DNA of 64,000 nt from Acidimicrobiia bacterium (lineage in GTDB: Bacteria > Actinomycetota > Acidimicrobiia > Spongiisociales > ZC4RG35): NCBI GenBank assembly GCA_013812505.1, contig JACCTH010000017.1:19400-83399 (forward strand). Reading direction: 5' to 3'. Below the pieces are notes generated by a model. It made no database searches. It was given only the letters and a program-made list of their open reading frames with translations, and was not told the DNA's origin. Both the position numbers and the translations under genes were made by a program. Each line of letters opens with the position of its first letter. Positions within the stretch are counted from its first letter, which is position 1. Below are positions 8,236-16,860 of the stretch, in pieces.

Positions 8236-9360
8236 CTAGAGGGTTACTTTTCGCGCTTTCAGCCAGTCGCTAGCCAACCCCCAAGCATTACTTGAAGGTT
8301 CCAAAAAAGAATTGTGTTCACCTTCGCACGAGAGGAAATCGGTGCCCTCGAACTTCTCCACATAGGCATTAATTAACGACAAGGGGCTTACGGAATCCTT
8401 CTGCGCTGCCGCCAGCAGGGTCGGGCCCAGGGGAGGCGACCGATGTTGGGGAGAATAGAGGTCGAGGGAAGGATGATCACCGTCGAGCAAGCGGAGCATC
8501 GGCCCCGACCAGACCGGGTCGGAGGCCGCCAGCGCCAGGTCCGGGAAGGGAGCCATGGCCAGCACCGGGCCGGGATGGAACGCCGCCGCCCACAACGCCA
8601 TGGTGCCGCCAGCGGAATGCCCGATAAGAGCAATTCGCTCTGGCTCAATCCCGGTAACGGCTGGGAGCTGGACGAGGGCGCTCCGCAAATCGTCGAAAGT
8701 CTCCGGCCAGCCGCCGCCCATCCCTGGCCGGCGGTATTCGAGATTGACCGTGAGAAAGCCCCGCCGAGCCAGGTCAACCGCGATTCCTTCGGTCGTATCG
8801 GCTGTCCATTGGTGCAGCCAAAGACCACCATGGATCAGCACACAGAGTCCTTGTTCTTGCCCGGGAGGAAGCCGTAAGTCACCATATTGATCGGGTAGTG
8901 GCCCATACCGGAAGGTCTCAGTTTTCCACGACAGGCGATTGGCTAGATGCCTAATTGCCCATGAGTACCCTTCGATTCCTCGGCCGTATATTCGGTAGCT
9001 GGCCGGGATTGCACTCCTGCGCCGAAAGCCTTCCCGTTCCAAAACGTTCGAGATGTGAACCTCAACTACAGGCTGAGACAAGTTGGCCAGCGCGTCTCCC
9101 AACGCCCGCGAGTAGTGAGTGAGAGCTGCCGGGTTGATCACGACGCCAGCGACGTCCGGGTCCCCCGCGACGGCGCCGATTCGCTCGACGAGGGCAGCTT
9201 CCTCGTTGCCTTGAAAGAAGACCACGTCGAGGTCGAGAGCCTCGCCGAGTGGCTTCAGTTCCGCTTCGAGCTCGGCCAGGGTGGTTCGGCCATAGATCTC
9301 GGGTTGCCGGCGGCCGAGCTGGTCGAGGTTGGGGCCGTTGATGACGAGTACCCGGGACAT
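8236..9360 (-). CDS. aroQ: type II 3-dehydroquinate dehydratase fused to an alpha/beta-hydrolase domain
   Basis: 374 aa. The N-terminal ~145 aa are AroQ (VLVINGPNLDQLGRRQPEIYG, HISNVLEREGFRRRS). The C-terminal ~225 aa have an HGG oxyanion motif (VLIHGGLW) and a nucleophile elbow GHSAGG. Confidence 0.85.
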   Translation of the reverse strand: MSRVLVINGPNLDQLGRRQPEIYGRTTLAELEAELKPLGEALDLDVVFFQGNEEAALVERIGAVAGDPDVAGVVINPAALTHYSRALGDALANLSQPVVEVHISNVLEREGFRRRSAIPASYRIYGRGIEGYSWAIRHLANRLSWKTETFRYGPLPDQYGDLRLPPGQEQGLCVLIHGGLWLHQWTADTTEGIAVDLARRGFLTVNLEYRRPGMGGGWPETFDDLRSALVQLPAVTGIEPERIALIGHSAGGTMALWAAAFHPGPVLAMAPFPDLALAASDPVWSGPMLRLLDGDHPSLDLYSPQHRSPPLGPTLLAAAQKDSVSPLSLINAYVEKFEGTDFLSCEGEHNSFLEPSSNAWGLASDWLKARKVTL

Positions 9361-9387
9361 CTCGCCGATGATGGCAAAATTGTTGTC

Positions 9388-10146
9388 TTGAAGCGATCTA
9401 ATGCCTTGAGGCGATCCTTGCTGTTGGTTCTGGTTGCCGGTGTCTTGGCTTGCGGTGACGCGCCATTCGGTGATGTCGGCGGAGGAGCCTCCGATTGGAT
9501 CGGAGAGCCGACCCTGGTTAGCACGGCTACCACCGAGGCCGATGGGCCGGCTCTGGTCCCGGTCCGGCGGGTCGACTGGTTCAACGGTGACCTGCCGCCT
9601 GTGGCGGGGACGACGTCGGCTGAGATCATCTCAGGGGTCTATGCCCGAGCGCAACCGAGCGACCCGTTCGTGCAAGCGACCCCAGCCGAGATTGCCCTCG
9701 CGCTCCCAGGAATCGAATTCCCGAGCCAGGTGCCGCCGGAGGTCAGGTATGTCACCAGCCAGCTCGTATATGACCTTGCCCAGATCAGCCTCTCCTCTGA
9801 ACAGGTGGCGGCCTTTGGTCTGTGGTCGGTCGAGCCCTATACCCGGTCGCGTTCGGTCGGCCAGCAGGCCGTCCTCACCGTCATCAACGACCCCGAGGGA
9901 TTGGCAGCTCTCGCCTCAGGGACGGCCGACACCAGTTGCGCCCGGTTCATCGACCGGCAAGCAGCGTGCTCGGTGACCTCTGTCGAAGGCAGCCCGGCGT
10001 GGGAGTTGACCGATCGGCTGGGAGTGTCGCTGATCTGGTACTCCGCCACCTATCGCTACGAGCTCTTCCTGCGCTCGGGAGTCAACTCTGGCTGGGCGGT
10101 GCCTATGGCCGATTCCGCCCGACCACTCGACTCGGTGAGTAGCTAG
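9388..10146 (+). CDS. lipoprotein of unknown function
   Basis: The listed ORF (9055-10146) overlaps aroQ on the other strand. An in-frame TTG at 9388 gives MKRSNALRRSLLLVLVAGVLA|CGD, a typical signal peptide with lipobox. No known domain recognised. Confidence 0.6.
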   Translation: MKRSNALRRSLLLVLVAGVLACGDAPFGDVGGGASDWIGEPTLVSTATTEADGPALVPVRRVDWFNGDLPPVAGTTSAEIISGVYARAQPSDPFVQATPAEIALALPGIEFPSQVPPEVRYVTSQLVYDLAQISLSSEQVAAFGLWSVEPYTRSRSVGQQAVLTVINDPEGLAALASGTADTSCARFIDRQAACSVTSVEGSPAWELTDRLGVSLIWYSATYRYELFLRSGVNSGWAVPMADSARPLDSVSS

Positions 10147-10157
10147 CTAACCAACAG

Positions 10158-12086
10158 ATGACTGCCCATTTCGGTTGGAACTACATCCGCTACGACCCCG
10201 ACGAAGCGCCCTCCGACCTCAATCGTGAGCTGCTCGGCCGGGTGTGGCGATATGGCCGCGTCTACCGGCGACAATTGGTCGGGGTCATCTTCACCGTTGT
10301 CGCGACCTCAATCATCAGTGTGCTGCCACCTGTTCTCAGCAGACGCTTGATCGACGAGGCATTGCCGCAGCGCGACTTGGGATTGCTGACAATTCTCGGC
10401 TTGGGAATGGTGCTCTTGCCGGTGGTCAGCTCGGCGATTGGGATCTTGCAACGCTGGTGGTCGGCGCGAGCGGGTGAAGGAATCATCTTCGACCTTCGCC
10501 GCCAGCTCTACGAGCACCTCCAGCGGATGTCGCTCCGCTTCTTCACCTCGACTCGCACTGGGGAGCTGATCTCGCGCCTGAACACCGATGTTGTCGGTGC
10601 GCAGCAGGCCATCACCGGCACCTTTATCACCGTTTTCTCCAACCTGGTCTCGGTGGTGGTGATCCTGGTGGTGATGCTGCAAGCGGAGTGGCGGCTCACG
10701 TTGCTCGCGCTCATCGCTCTCCCCCTGTTCACCCTTCCTGCCCGGCGAGTGGCTCGAATTCTCCGGCGCTACACCGACGAGCAGATGCAAAGGAACGCCG
10801 AGATGTCGGTCATCTTGCAAGAAACCTTCAATATCTCGGGGGCCTTGCTCGTCAAGCTTTTCGGCCGGGAGCGGGCGGAGTCAGATCGTTACGCCACCCA
10901 AGCCGAGCAAGCGCGTGATCTTGGGGTCAAGCAAGCAATGGTGGGGCGATGGTTTTTTGCCACGCTCGGGTTGGTAGCAGCTGTCGGCACCGCGGTCGTG
11001 TTCTGGGTTGGGGGCTGGATGGTGATGCGCGGCGAGCTCACGATTGGAACGGTGGTGATGTTCTCGGCTCTCATTGGCCAGCTCTACGGACCCTTGAGCT
11101 CTTTGACTACGAGCCGGGTCGAGCTGGCGACCTCGCTCGTCTCCTTTGAGCGTGTCTTCGAAGTTCTCGACATGAAACCCGACCTCTCCGAGGGCACCGA
11201 GGATCCCGGGAAGATGATGGGCAACATCGAGTTCGACCACGTTTCGTTCCGCTACCAAAGCGCAGAACTGGTTGGGCTCGAGGCGGTGAAACGCCGTGGG
11301 CATCGCGCCAACCTCGACCAGGGTCTCGTCCCTCAACAGGTATCAACCCGGAGATGGGCGATCGAGGACGCCGACTTCAACATCAAAGCTGGACAGCTGG
11401 TCGCGCTGGTGGGGCCGAGCGGGGCCGGCAAGACCACCGTGTCCTACTTGATTCCCCGCCTTTATGACGTCACCGAAGGCGCAATCCGCATCGACGGCAT
11501 CGATGTGCGCGCTCTGACCTTTGATGCCCTGGCTCGCGGAATCGGCGTCGTGACGCAAGAGACCTATCTGTTCCATGACACGATTGCAGCCAACCTTCGT
11601 TATGCCCGCTCCGACGCGTCCGACGACGAGCTGTGGGCGGCCGCCGATGCCGCCAACATTGCCGAGTTCATCGCGTCCCTCCCGGAGAAGCTGCAAACCG
11701 TCGTGGGCGAGAGGGGATATCGGCTCTCCGGCGGCGAGCGCCAACGCCTCGCCATTGCCCGGGTGATTCTCAAGGACCCGGCGGTCCTGATCCTCGACGA
11801 GGCCACCTCCTCGCTCGATTCACGTTCAGAGGCGCTGATCCAGGAGGCTCTCGAGCGATTGATGCAGAACCGCACTTCGGTCGTGATCGCCCACCGGCTG
11901 TCGACCATTCTGGCCGCCGACCAGATCCTGGTCCTCGATCAGGGCCTGCTGGTGGAGCGTGGCTCCCATGAGGTCCTGCTCAGCCAGGGCGGTCTCTATC
12001 GCGAGCTCTTCGAAACGCAGTTCCGCGCGGTCACTGTTTCTCCCGCGAGCGAAGCGAATTTCCCCCCTCCCGGCTCCACGGTTTGA
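10158..12086 (+). CDS. ABC exporter, fused permease/ATP-binding protein (MsbA-like, homodimer type)
   Basis: 642 aa. Six-helix TMD. Walker A GPSGAGKTT, signature LSGGERQR, Walker B LILDEATSSLD, H-loop IAHRL. An extra ~20-25 aa lie between the IEFDHVSFRY strand and the Walker A region. Confidence 0.9.
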   Translation: MTAHFGWNYIRYDPDEAPSDLNRELLGRVWRYGRVYRRQLVGVIFTVVATSIISVLPPVLSRRLIDEALPQRDLGLLTILGLGMVLLPVVSSAIGILQRWWSARAGEGIIFDLRRQLYEHLQRMSLRFFTSTRTGELISRLNTDVVGAQQAITGTFITVFSNLVSVVVILVVMLQAEWRLTLLALIALPLFTLPARRVARILRRYTDEQMQRNAEMSVILQETFNISGALLVKLFGRERAESDRYATQAEQARDLGVKQAMVGRWFFATLGLVAAVGTAVVFWVGGWMVMRGELTIGTVVMFSALIGQLYGPLSSLTTSRVELATSLVSFERVFEVLDMKPDLSEGTEDPGKMMGNIEFDHVSFRYQSAELVGLEAVKRRGHRANLDQGLVPQQVSTRRWAIEDADFNIKAGQLVALVGPSGAGKTTVSYLIPRLYDVTEGAIRIDGIDVRALTFDALARGIGVVTQETYLFHDTIAANLRYARSDASDDELWAAADAANIAEFIASLPEKLQTVVGERGYRLSGGERQRLAIARVILKDPAVLILDEATSSLDSRSEALIQEALERLMQNRTSVVIAHRLSTILAADQILVLDQGLLVERGSHEVLLSQGGLYRELFETQFRAVTVSPASEANFPPPGSTV

Positions 12087-12117
12087 CTCCGTCGCGGGGA
12101 GACACCCGTGTCCAACC

Positions 12118-12538
12118 GAAATTTGTCAGCACGTCCGTGCCCTCGACGTAATTTGGTATTGAACCCAGCGCCCGCCCGCTAATTCGGCAGGTGGGGAACG
12201 CCGTTTACCTAATTCGGCACCAGCGATACGGCTTCCGGCGCTGTGGTACCGAATAACGATTTAGGCGTTTCTCACCTGCCGAATTTGGGCGCGATGGCTG
12301 ACTTCGCTTCGCCCCGCCATTATTTGTCACCACAGGAACGCCTCTGGGGAAATTCGTCCTGTGGCGAACGAGTACCGTGCGCTACGGGACAGATTTGGTT
12401 TTCGGCGTCTTCGCCTGGGGACAAATTACGGCGCGGTCGGGGAGGTTTGCAGTGGAAAAGCCTTTCGGTCCAGATAGAGCGACACTTCCTTCGGGGGGAG
12501 AATTGGCGGAGTGGCCCGGAGGGCGAGGGGGCTAAGGG
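12118..12538. repeat. non-coding locus of AATT(C/T)G-rich modules, containing a 41-nt-armed imperfect palindrome (12181-12221 / 12245-12285) and a copy (about 12349-12490) of the element also found at 47517-47670
   Basis: Motifs AAATTTGTC, GTAATTTGG, TAATTCGGC (x2), CCGAATAA, CCGAATTTGG, TTATTTGTC, AAATTCGTCC and ACAAATTACGG recur roughly every 30-40 bp in both orientations. GAAATTCGTCCTGTGGCGAAC and GGGGACAAATTACGG have near-identical counterparts at 47.5 kb. A G-rich box GGAGTGGCCCGGAGGGCGAGGGGG (from 12508) matches GGAGTGCCCGAGCGCAGCGAGGGGG (from 47456). No plausible ORF. Confidence 0.7.
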
Positions 12539-13035
12539 TAAATCTCGCCGGTGTCTTCGATCCGGCTGCCGGGGACGAGCAGCAAGGGGATCTGGCATCG
12601 ATCCATCACTCGCACGGACACGCTTTTCCAGGCTTGCTCGGTGAACAGCCGGCGGGTCGCACCCATCACGATGGTGTCGGCACTGATGTCCTGAGCCGTG
12701 GTGATGATGGCTTCGGCGGGATCGTCGCCCTCGACCAGTCGAATCGAAGCCGTGCGTGATTTGGCTGCTAACGCCGAGATCAGCGGGTCGACAATTCGCC
12801 GTCCTCGCTCTTCCAGATAGCGAGCGGCCTTGACCTCGGCCTGCTCGTTGCGCCGCGAGTCATCGTCGAGGAGTGAGCGCCGTTCTTCGTCGTCAAGGGT
12901 CGCCAGAAACGTCCGCGGGACCTGGATGACAGTCATGACAGTGATTGATCCGAGCTCGTTGCCCACCAACAGGTCACAGAATTCGGCTACGGCCGTCGGA
13001 GGCAAGACGCCAGTGGTCGCGACGAGGACACGCAC
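12532..13035 (-). CDS. universal stress protein (UspA family)
   Basis: 167 aa. Typical Usp start MRVLVATTG and overall Usp-like alpha/beta pattern ending ..IVMGATRR...VSVRVMDRCQIPLLLV. Confidence 0.75.
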   Translation of the reverse strand: MRVLVATTGVLPPTAVAEFCDLLVGNELGSITVMTVIQVPRTFLATLDDEERRSLLDDDSRRNEQAEVKAARYLEERGRRIVDPLISALAAKSRTASIRLVEGDDPAEAIITTAQDISADTIVMGATRRLFTEQAWKSVSVRVMDRCQIPLLLVPGSRIEDTGEIYP

Positions 13036-13073
13036 GGACCGGGAGGTTAGGTCTATCTCTTGCTTAACTCCCG

Positions 13074-13856
13074 GTGATGGATGTCCGCCTTGACGGAAAG
13101 GTCGCGCTTGTCACCGGAGGAAGCCGCGGGATTGGTCAGGCCACCGCCCGGCTGATGCTTGAGTCGGGAGCCGAGGGGGTGACCATCACGAGTCGCAAAC
13201 CCGACAACCTCGAGGGATCCGTGTCCGCCCTTATGACCGCGGGCGTGCCGGGGGATCGGTTGCAGGCGATCGCGGCCCGAGCCGACGACCCCGCCGATGC
13301 CGAGCGAGCGGTCGCCCAGACCATCGAGCGTTTTGGCGCTTGCGACATCTTGGTGAACAACGCCGGGACCAATCCCGCCCCGGGACCGCTGGCGACCGTC
13401 GACCTGGGGGCGGTAGACAAGACCTGGTCGGTGAACCAGCGCGGGCCGTTGATCTGGTGCCAGAAGGTGGTGAGGCAATGGATGGCCGACCATGGCGGCT
13501 CGATCGTGAACGTCTCTTCTGTGGGTGGCCTGCGACCGGCTCCGATCCTCGGCGCCTACAACATCTCGAAGGCCGCCGTCGCCTTTTTCACCCAGCAGCT
13601 GGCCTCGGAGCTGGCACCGTCGATTCGGGTCAACGCCGTGGCTCCAGGGGTGGTTAGAACTCGACTCGCCGGATCGCTCTGGGAGGGGAGAGAAGCCGAA
13701 GCCGGGAAGGCTCACCCGTTGGGGAGAATCGGCGAGCCCGACGACATTGCTCGCGCCATCGTGTTTCTCGCTTCCGACGCCGCCAGCTGGATTACCGGAG
13801 TCGTGCTGCCGGTTGACGGTGGTGTGATCGGCGCCGGCACAACTGCCATCTCATGA
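13074..13856 (+). CDS. SDR-family oxidoreductase (FabG-like)
   Basis: 260 aa. TGGSRGIG cofactor motif, NNAG, catalytic YNISK. ATGA overlap with cofG. Confidence 0.9.
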   Translation: MMDVRLDGKVALVTGGSRGIGQATARLMLESGAEGVTITSRKPDNLEGSVSALMTAGVPGDRLQAIAARADDPADAERAVAQTIERFGACDILVNNAGTNPAPGPLATVDLGAVDKTWSVNQRGPLIWCQKVVRQWMADHGGSIVNVSSVGGLRPAPILGAYNISKAAVAFFTQQLASELAPSIRVNAVAPGVVRTRLAGSLWEGREAEAGKAHPLGRIGEPDDIARAIVFLASDAASWITGVVLPVDGGVIGAGTTAIS

Positions 13857-14968
13857 GCCACCCCGCCCCCGACCCCGATCTGGCGCTTGCCTACCTCGAC
13901 GGTCGCGCCAACCCCGCGCCTTTGTTTGCCCACGCGTCCCATCTTCGGGACGAGGGCAAGGGGAGGACGGTCAGCTTCAGCCGCAAGGTGTTCATCCCGC
14001 TGACGACACTTTGCCGGGATCGTTGCACGTATTGCACCTTTGCCCAGCCGCCTGGCGGCGGTGGCATGTACCTCACTCCTGACGAGGTTTTGGCGGTGGC
14101 CGCCGCCGGGGCCGAGTACGGGTGCACGGAGGCACTGTTCACACTCGGCGACCGCCCGGAGGACCGCTGGCCGCAGGCGCGAGAGTTCCTGGCGCAAGTT
14201 GGTCACGCGTCGACCATCGACTACGTGGTGGCGATGAGCAGCCTGGTCGTCGAGGAAACCGGGGTATTCCCGCACGCGAATCCCGGATTGATGTCCCACC
14301 GCGACATGGCGGCATTGCGGCCTTATAACCCTTCGATGGGGCTGATGCTCGAGAACGTGTCTCCTCGCCTGTTGGAGCCGGGCATGGCTCATTTCAACTG
14401 TCCTGACAAGGATCCGCTTCTCCGCCTCGAGACGATCGCCAACGCCGGTCGCCTCCGCGTTCCGTTCACCAGCGGGATTCTCGTGGGGATCGGCGAGACC
14501 AACTCCGAGATCGTCGACTCGATCACCGCGCTCGCTCGGGTGGAGCTGCAAGAGGTGATCGTGCAGAACTTCCGGGCCAAGGCCAACACTCCGATGCGCC
14601 GGCATTCCGAACCGCTCCCGAGTTGGTTTGCCCGCGTGGTGGCAGTCGCCCGCTGGTTTCTGGGCCCCGCCGCCAACGTCCAGGTCCCCCCCAACCTCAC
14701 CGAAAACTTCGAGCTCTACCTCAACGCGGGCATCAACGACTGGGGCGGGGTCAGCCCACTCACCATCGACTGGGTCAACCCGGAGCAACCCTGGCCCCAT
14801 CTCGACGAGCTCAGGGCGCGAACCAACGCCGCGGGCTTCGAACTCGTTCCCCGGCTCCCGGTCTACCCCGAATTCATCTCCTCGGAATGGATCGACCCTG
14901 GCCTCTTGCCGAAGGTGCGAAACGCAATCGATGACCGGGGTTACGCTGCCATCGGAACCGCAGCGTGA
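13853..14968 (+). CDS. cofG: FO synthase subunit 1 (7,8-didemethyl-8-hydroxy-5-deazariboflavin synthase CofG)
   Basis: 371 aa. VSFSRKVFIPLTTLCRDRCTYCTF radical-SAM CxxxCxxC block as in CofG and the FbiC N-terminal half. Confidence 0.85.
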   Translation: MSHPAPDPDLALAYLDGRANPAPLFAHASHLRDEGKGRTVSFSRKVFIPLTTLCRDRCTYCTFAQPPGGGGMYLTPDEVLAVAAAGAEYGCTEALFTLGDRPEDRWPQAREFLAQVGHASTIDYVVAMSSLVVEETGVFPHANPGLMSHRDMAALRPYNPSMGLMLENVSPRLLEPGMAHFNCPDKDPLLRLETIANAGRLRVPFTSGILVGIGETNSEIVDSITALARVELQEVIVQNFRAKANTPMRRHSEPLPSWFARVVAVARWFLGPAANVQVPPNLTENFELYLNAGINDWGGVSPLTIDWVNPEQPWPHLDELRARTNAAGFELVPRLPVYPEFISSEWIDPGLLPKVRNAIDDRGYAAIGTAA

Positions 14969-16860
14969 AGATCACCTTCGTTCAACTCCGGCCGGCTGAA
15001 TCGATGACGGCGACCCTCGCTGCCACCCGTCGGCAGGAAGGAACCACCGTCATCGAATTGGGTGACGACTCGTTCATCGCGGCGACCCTCGAGGGCGGCC
15101 TGCTTCCGATCGGGAATTCACCGGGCATGGCGGCGATGGTGGCCGGCATTGGCGAACCGGCAGAAGTTCCTGGTTGGAAGCTCACTCTTGACGCCGGGCA
15201 GAGCTCGTTTGAGTCGATCCTCGACGACGTCGCCCGCCGCCAGCCCGCGTTTCTCCGTTGCGGGCGCAGGAGAGTCGAGGAACTCAGTCGGATCGTTCAG
15301 CTGCCCGCGATCTCTACGGCGCTTTCCGTCTTTGTCGACACTGTTGAAGCTGGTGTTGGTGCAGTTGCGCAAGGAGCCACTGATCTCCTGCTGCGGGACT
15401 GGCATTTCGAATTGATCGGCGAGCTGCGAGAGAGGTTGGCGGTTCACACACTTGTCGAGCGGGGTCCGTATCCCCCCGGCCTCCCGATCGACACTTTGCG
15501 GGTAGCGCTGCCGCCTTCGATTTTCACCGTTTGGTTGCATCAAGTCGACGCGACCGGGGCGATCCGACCCCGCGGGGAATGGGCGCCGGGAAAGGACCAG
15601 CGCCTTCCCGTGCCGGCCAATCGCCTATCGGCGCAGTGGGTCGACCAGGCTTGGGTGGCCGGCCGCAGTCCAGCGCAAATCGAAGGCGCTGGGGAGCTCC
15701 TTCCCATCCTCGAACGGTCGCTTGAGGGCGAAGCTCCCACCAAAACAGAAGTTGAGCTGCTCTTCGGTGCTCGCGGAGAGCAAGTGGAAGCGATCGCCTG
15801 GGCTGCCGATGAGCTTCGGCGCCGACGGGTCGGTGACACGGTGACATACGTCATCAATCGCAACATCAACTACACCAACCAGTGCTATTTCCGCTGCGGG
15901 TTCTGCGCCTTCTCCAAAGGCCCGCGCAGTCTCAACCTGCGGGAAGAGCCCTATTTGATCCCGCTCGAAGGCATCGTCGGGCTGGCGCAGGAGGCCTGGG
16001 ATCGGGGTGCTACCGAGGTCACACTCCAAGGTGGGATCCATCCCCAGTTCACTGGTGACTTCTACGCCTCTGTGGTCGAAGGCATCAAAGAACGCTTGCC
16101 CGGGATGCACATCCATGGGTTCACGCCGCTCGAGATCTGGCAGGGAGCGGCAACGCTCGGGGTGTCGGTGCGTGAGTTTCTCACCCGGCTAAGGGATGCC
16201 GGATTGGGCAGTCTCCCCGGAACGGCGGCGGAAGTGCTCGACGATGATGTTCGCATTCACCTTTGCCCGGACAAGATTCGTAGCGCGCAATGGGCCGAAG
16301 TGATGGTCACCGCCCATGAGCTTGGTCTGCCCGCAACCGCCACCCTGATGTTCGGGCACATCGACTATCCGGGAGCGTGGGCCAACCACTTCGAGGTTAT
16401 CCGCCAAGTTCAGCGCCGCACGGGCGGATTCACCGAGTTCGTACCCCTTCCCTTCGTGCACATGGGAGCGCCGATCTATCTCCGGGGACACAGTCGCCCG
16501 GGCCCCACTTGGGACGAATCGGTGTTGGTCCATTCGGTGGCGCGCCTCGCCTTCGACGGCTTGATCCCCAACATCCAGGCGTCCTGGGTGAAACTCGGAC
16601 TTGACGGAGGCGCCCGGCTCCTTGACGCCGGCTGCAATGACCTTGGGGGAACGCTGATGGGCGAGATCATCACGCGTTCGGCGGGAGCGGCTCATGGCCA
16701 GGAGGTCAGCCCCGAGGAATTCGTCGCCACGATTGTGGGAGCGGGTCGCTCACCGGCGCAACGCAACACCATCTACGAGCTGATCAAACCACCGATGACG
16801 GCAGGAGCGGATATCCCGGCCGGCCGGTCGCTAGCCAGTCCTCCAACGCTTCTTCGGTAG
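14965..16860 (+). CDS. cofH: FO synthase subunit 2 (CofH) with a ~250-aa N-terminal extension of unknown function
   Basis: 631 aa. The CofH core starts near TKTEVELLFGARG..VTYVINRNINYTNQCYFRCGFCAFS. The preceding ~250 codons are open in frame and overlap the cofG stop by 4 bp. The 3' end overlaps the convergent gene by 77 bp. Confidence 0.8.
   Translation: MKITFVQLRPAESMTATLAATRRQEGTTVIELGDDSFIAATLEGGLLPIGNSPGMAAMVAGIGEPAEVPGWKLTLDAGQSSFESILDDVARRQPAFLRCGRRRVEELSRIVQLPAISTALSVFVDTVEAGVGAVAQGATDLLLRDWHFELIGELRERLAVHTLVERGPYPPGLPIDTLRVALPPSIFTVWLHQVDATGAIRPRGEWAPGKDQRLPVPANRLSAQWVDQAWVAGRSPAQIEGAGELLPILERSLEGEAPTKTEVELLFGARGEQVEAIAWAADELRRRRVGDTVTYVINRNINYTNQCYFRCGFCAFSKGPRSLNLREEPYLIPLEGIVGLAQEAWDRGATEVTLQGGIHPQFTGDFYASVVEGIKERLPGMHIHGFTPLEIWQGAATLGVSVREFLTRLRDAGLGSLPGTAAEVLDDDVRIHLCPDKIRSAQWAEVMVTAHELGLPATATLMFGHIDYPGAWANHFEVIRQVQRRTGGFTEFVPLPFVHMGAPIYLRGHSRPGPTWDESVLVHSVARLAFDGLIPNIQASWVKLGLDGGARLLDAGCNDLGGTLMGEIITRSAGAAHGQEVSPEEFVATIVGAGRSPAQRNTIYELIKPPMTAGADIPAGRSLASPPTLLR

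Noticed and set aside
9055-9387. N-terminal 111 codons of the listed 363-aa ORF
   Set aside because: This part lies entirely antisense to aroQ. A lipoprotein signal peptide begins at the in-frame TTG 9388, just past the aroQ start.
12118-12431. Roughly 30-bp periodic short repeats, considered as a possible CRISPR array (also at 47517-47628)
   Set aside because: The repeated units are only 7-11 nt, degenerate and present in both orientations, forming long palindromes. There are no identical 25-40-nt direct repeats, no unique spacers of fixed length and no cas genes in the window.
12320-12431. DnaA-box-like 9-mers (TTGTCCCCA, TTGTCACCA, TTGTGCCCA versus the actinobacterial TTGTCCACA), considered as a possible oriC
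   Set aside because: All carry one or two mismatches. No dnaA, dnaN or other origin-linked genes are nearby, and the same motifs occur at a second locus 35 kb away. A dispersed repeat family is the simpler explanation.
13712-14800. 362-aa minus-strand ORF opposite cofG (similarly 44502-45572 opposite E1 beta, 32818-33906 in an alternative frame over the M16 peptidase, and 27235-28278 opposite GTPase 1)
   Set aside because: These are shadow or alternative-frame ORFs overlapping genes with clear catalytic motifs. None has a recognisable domain.
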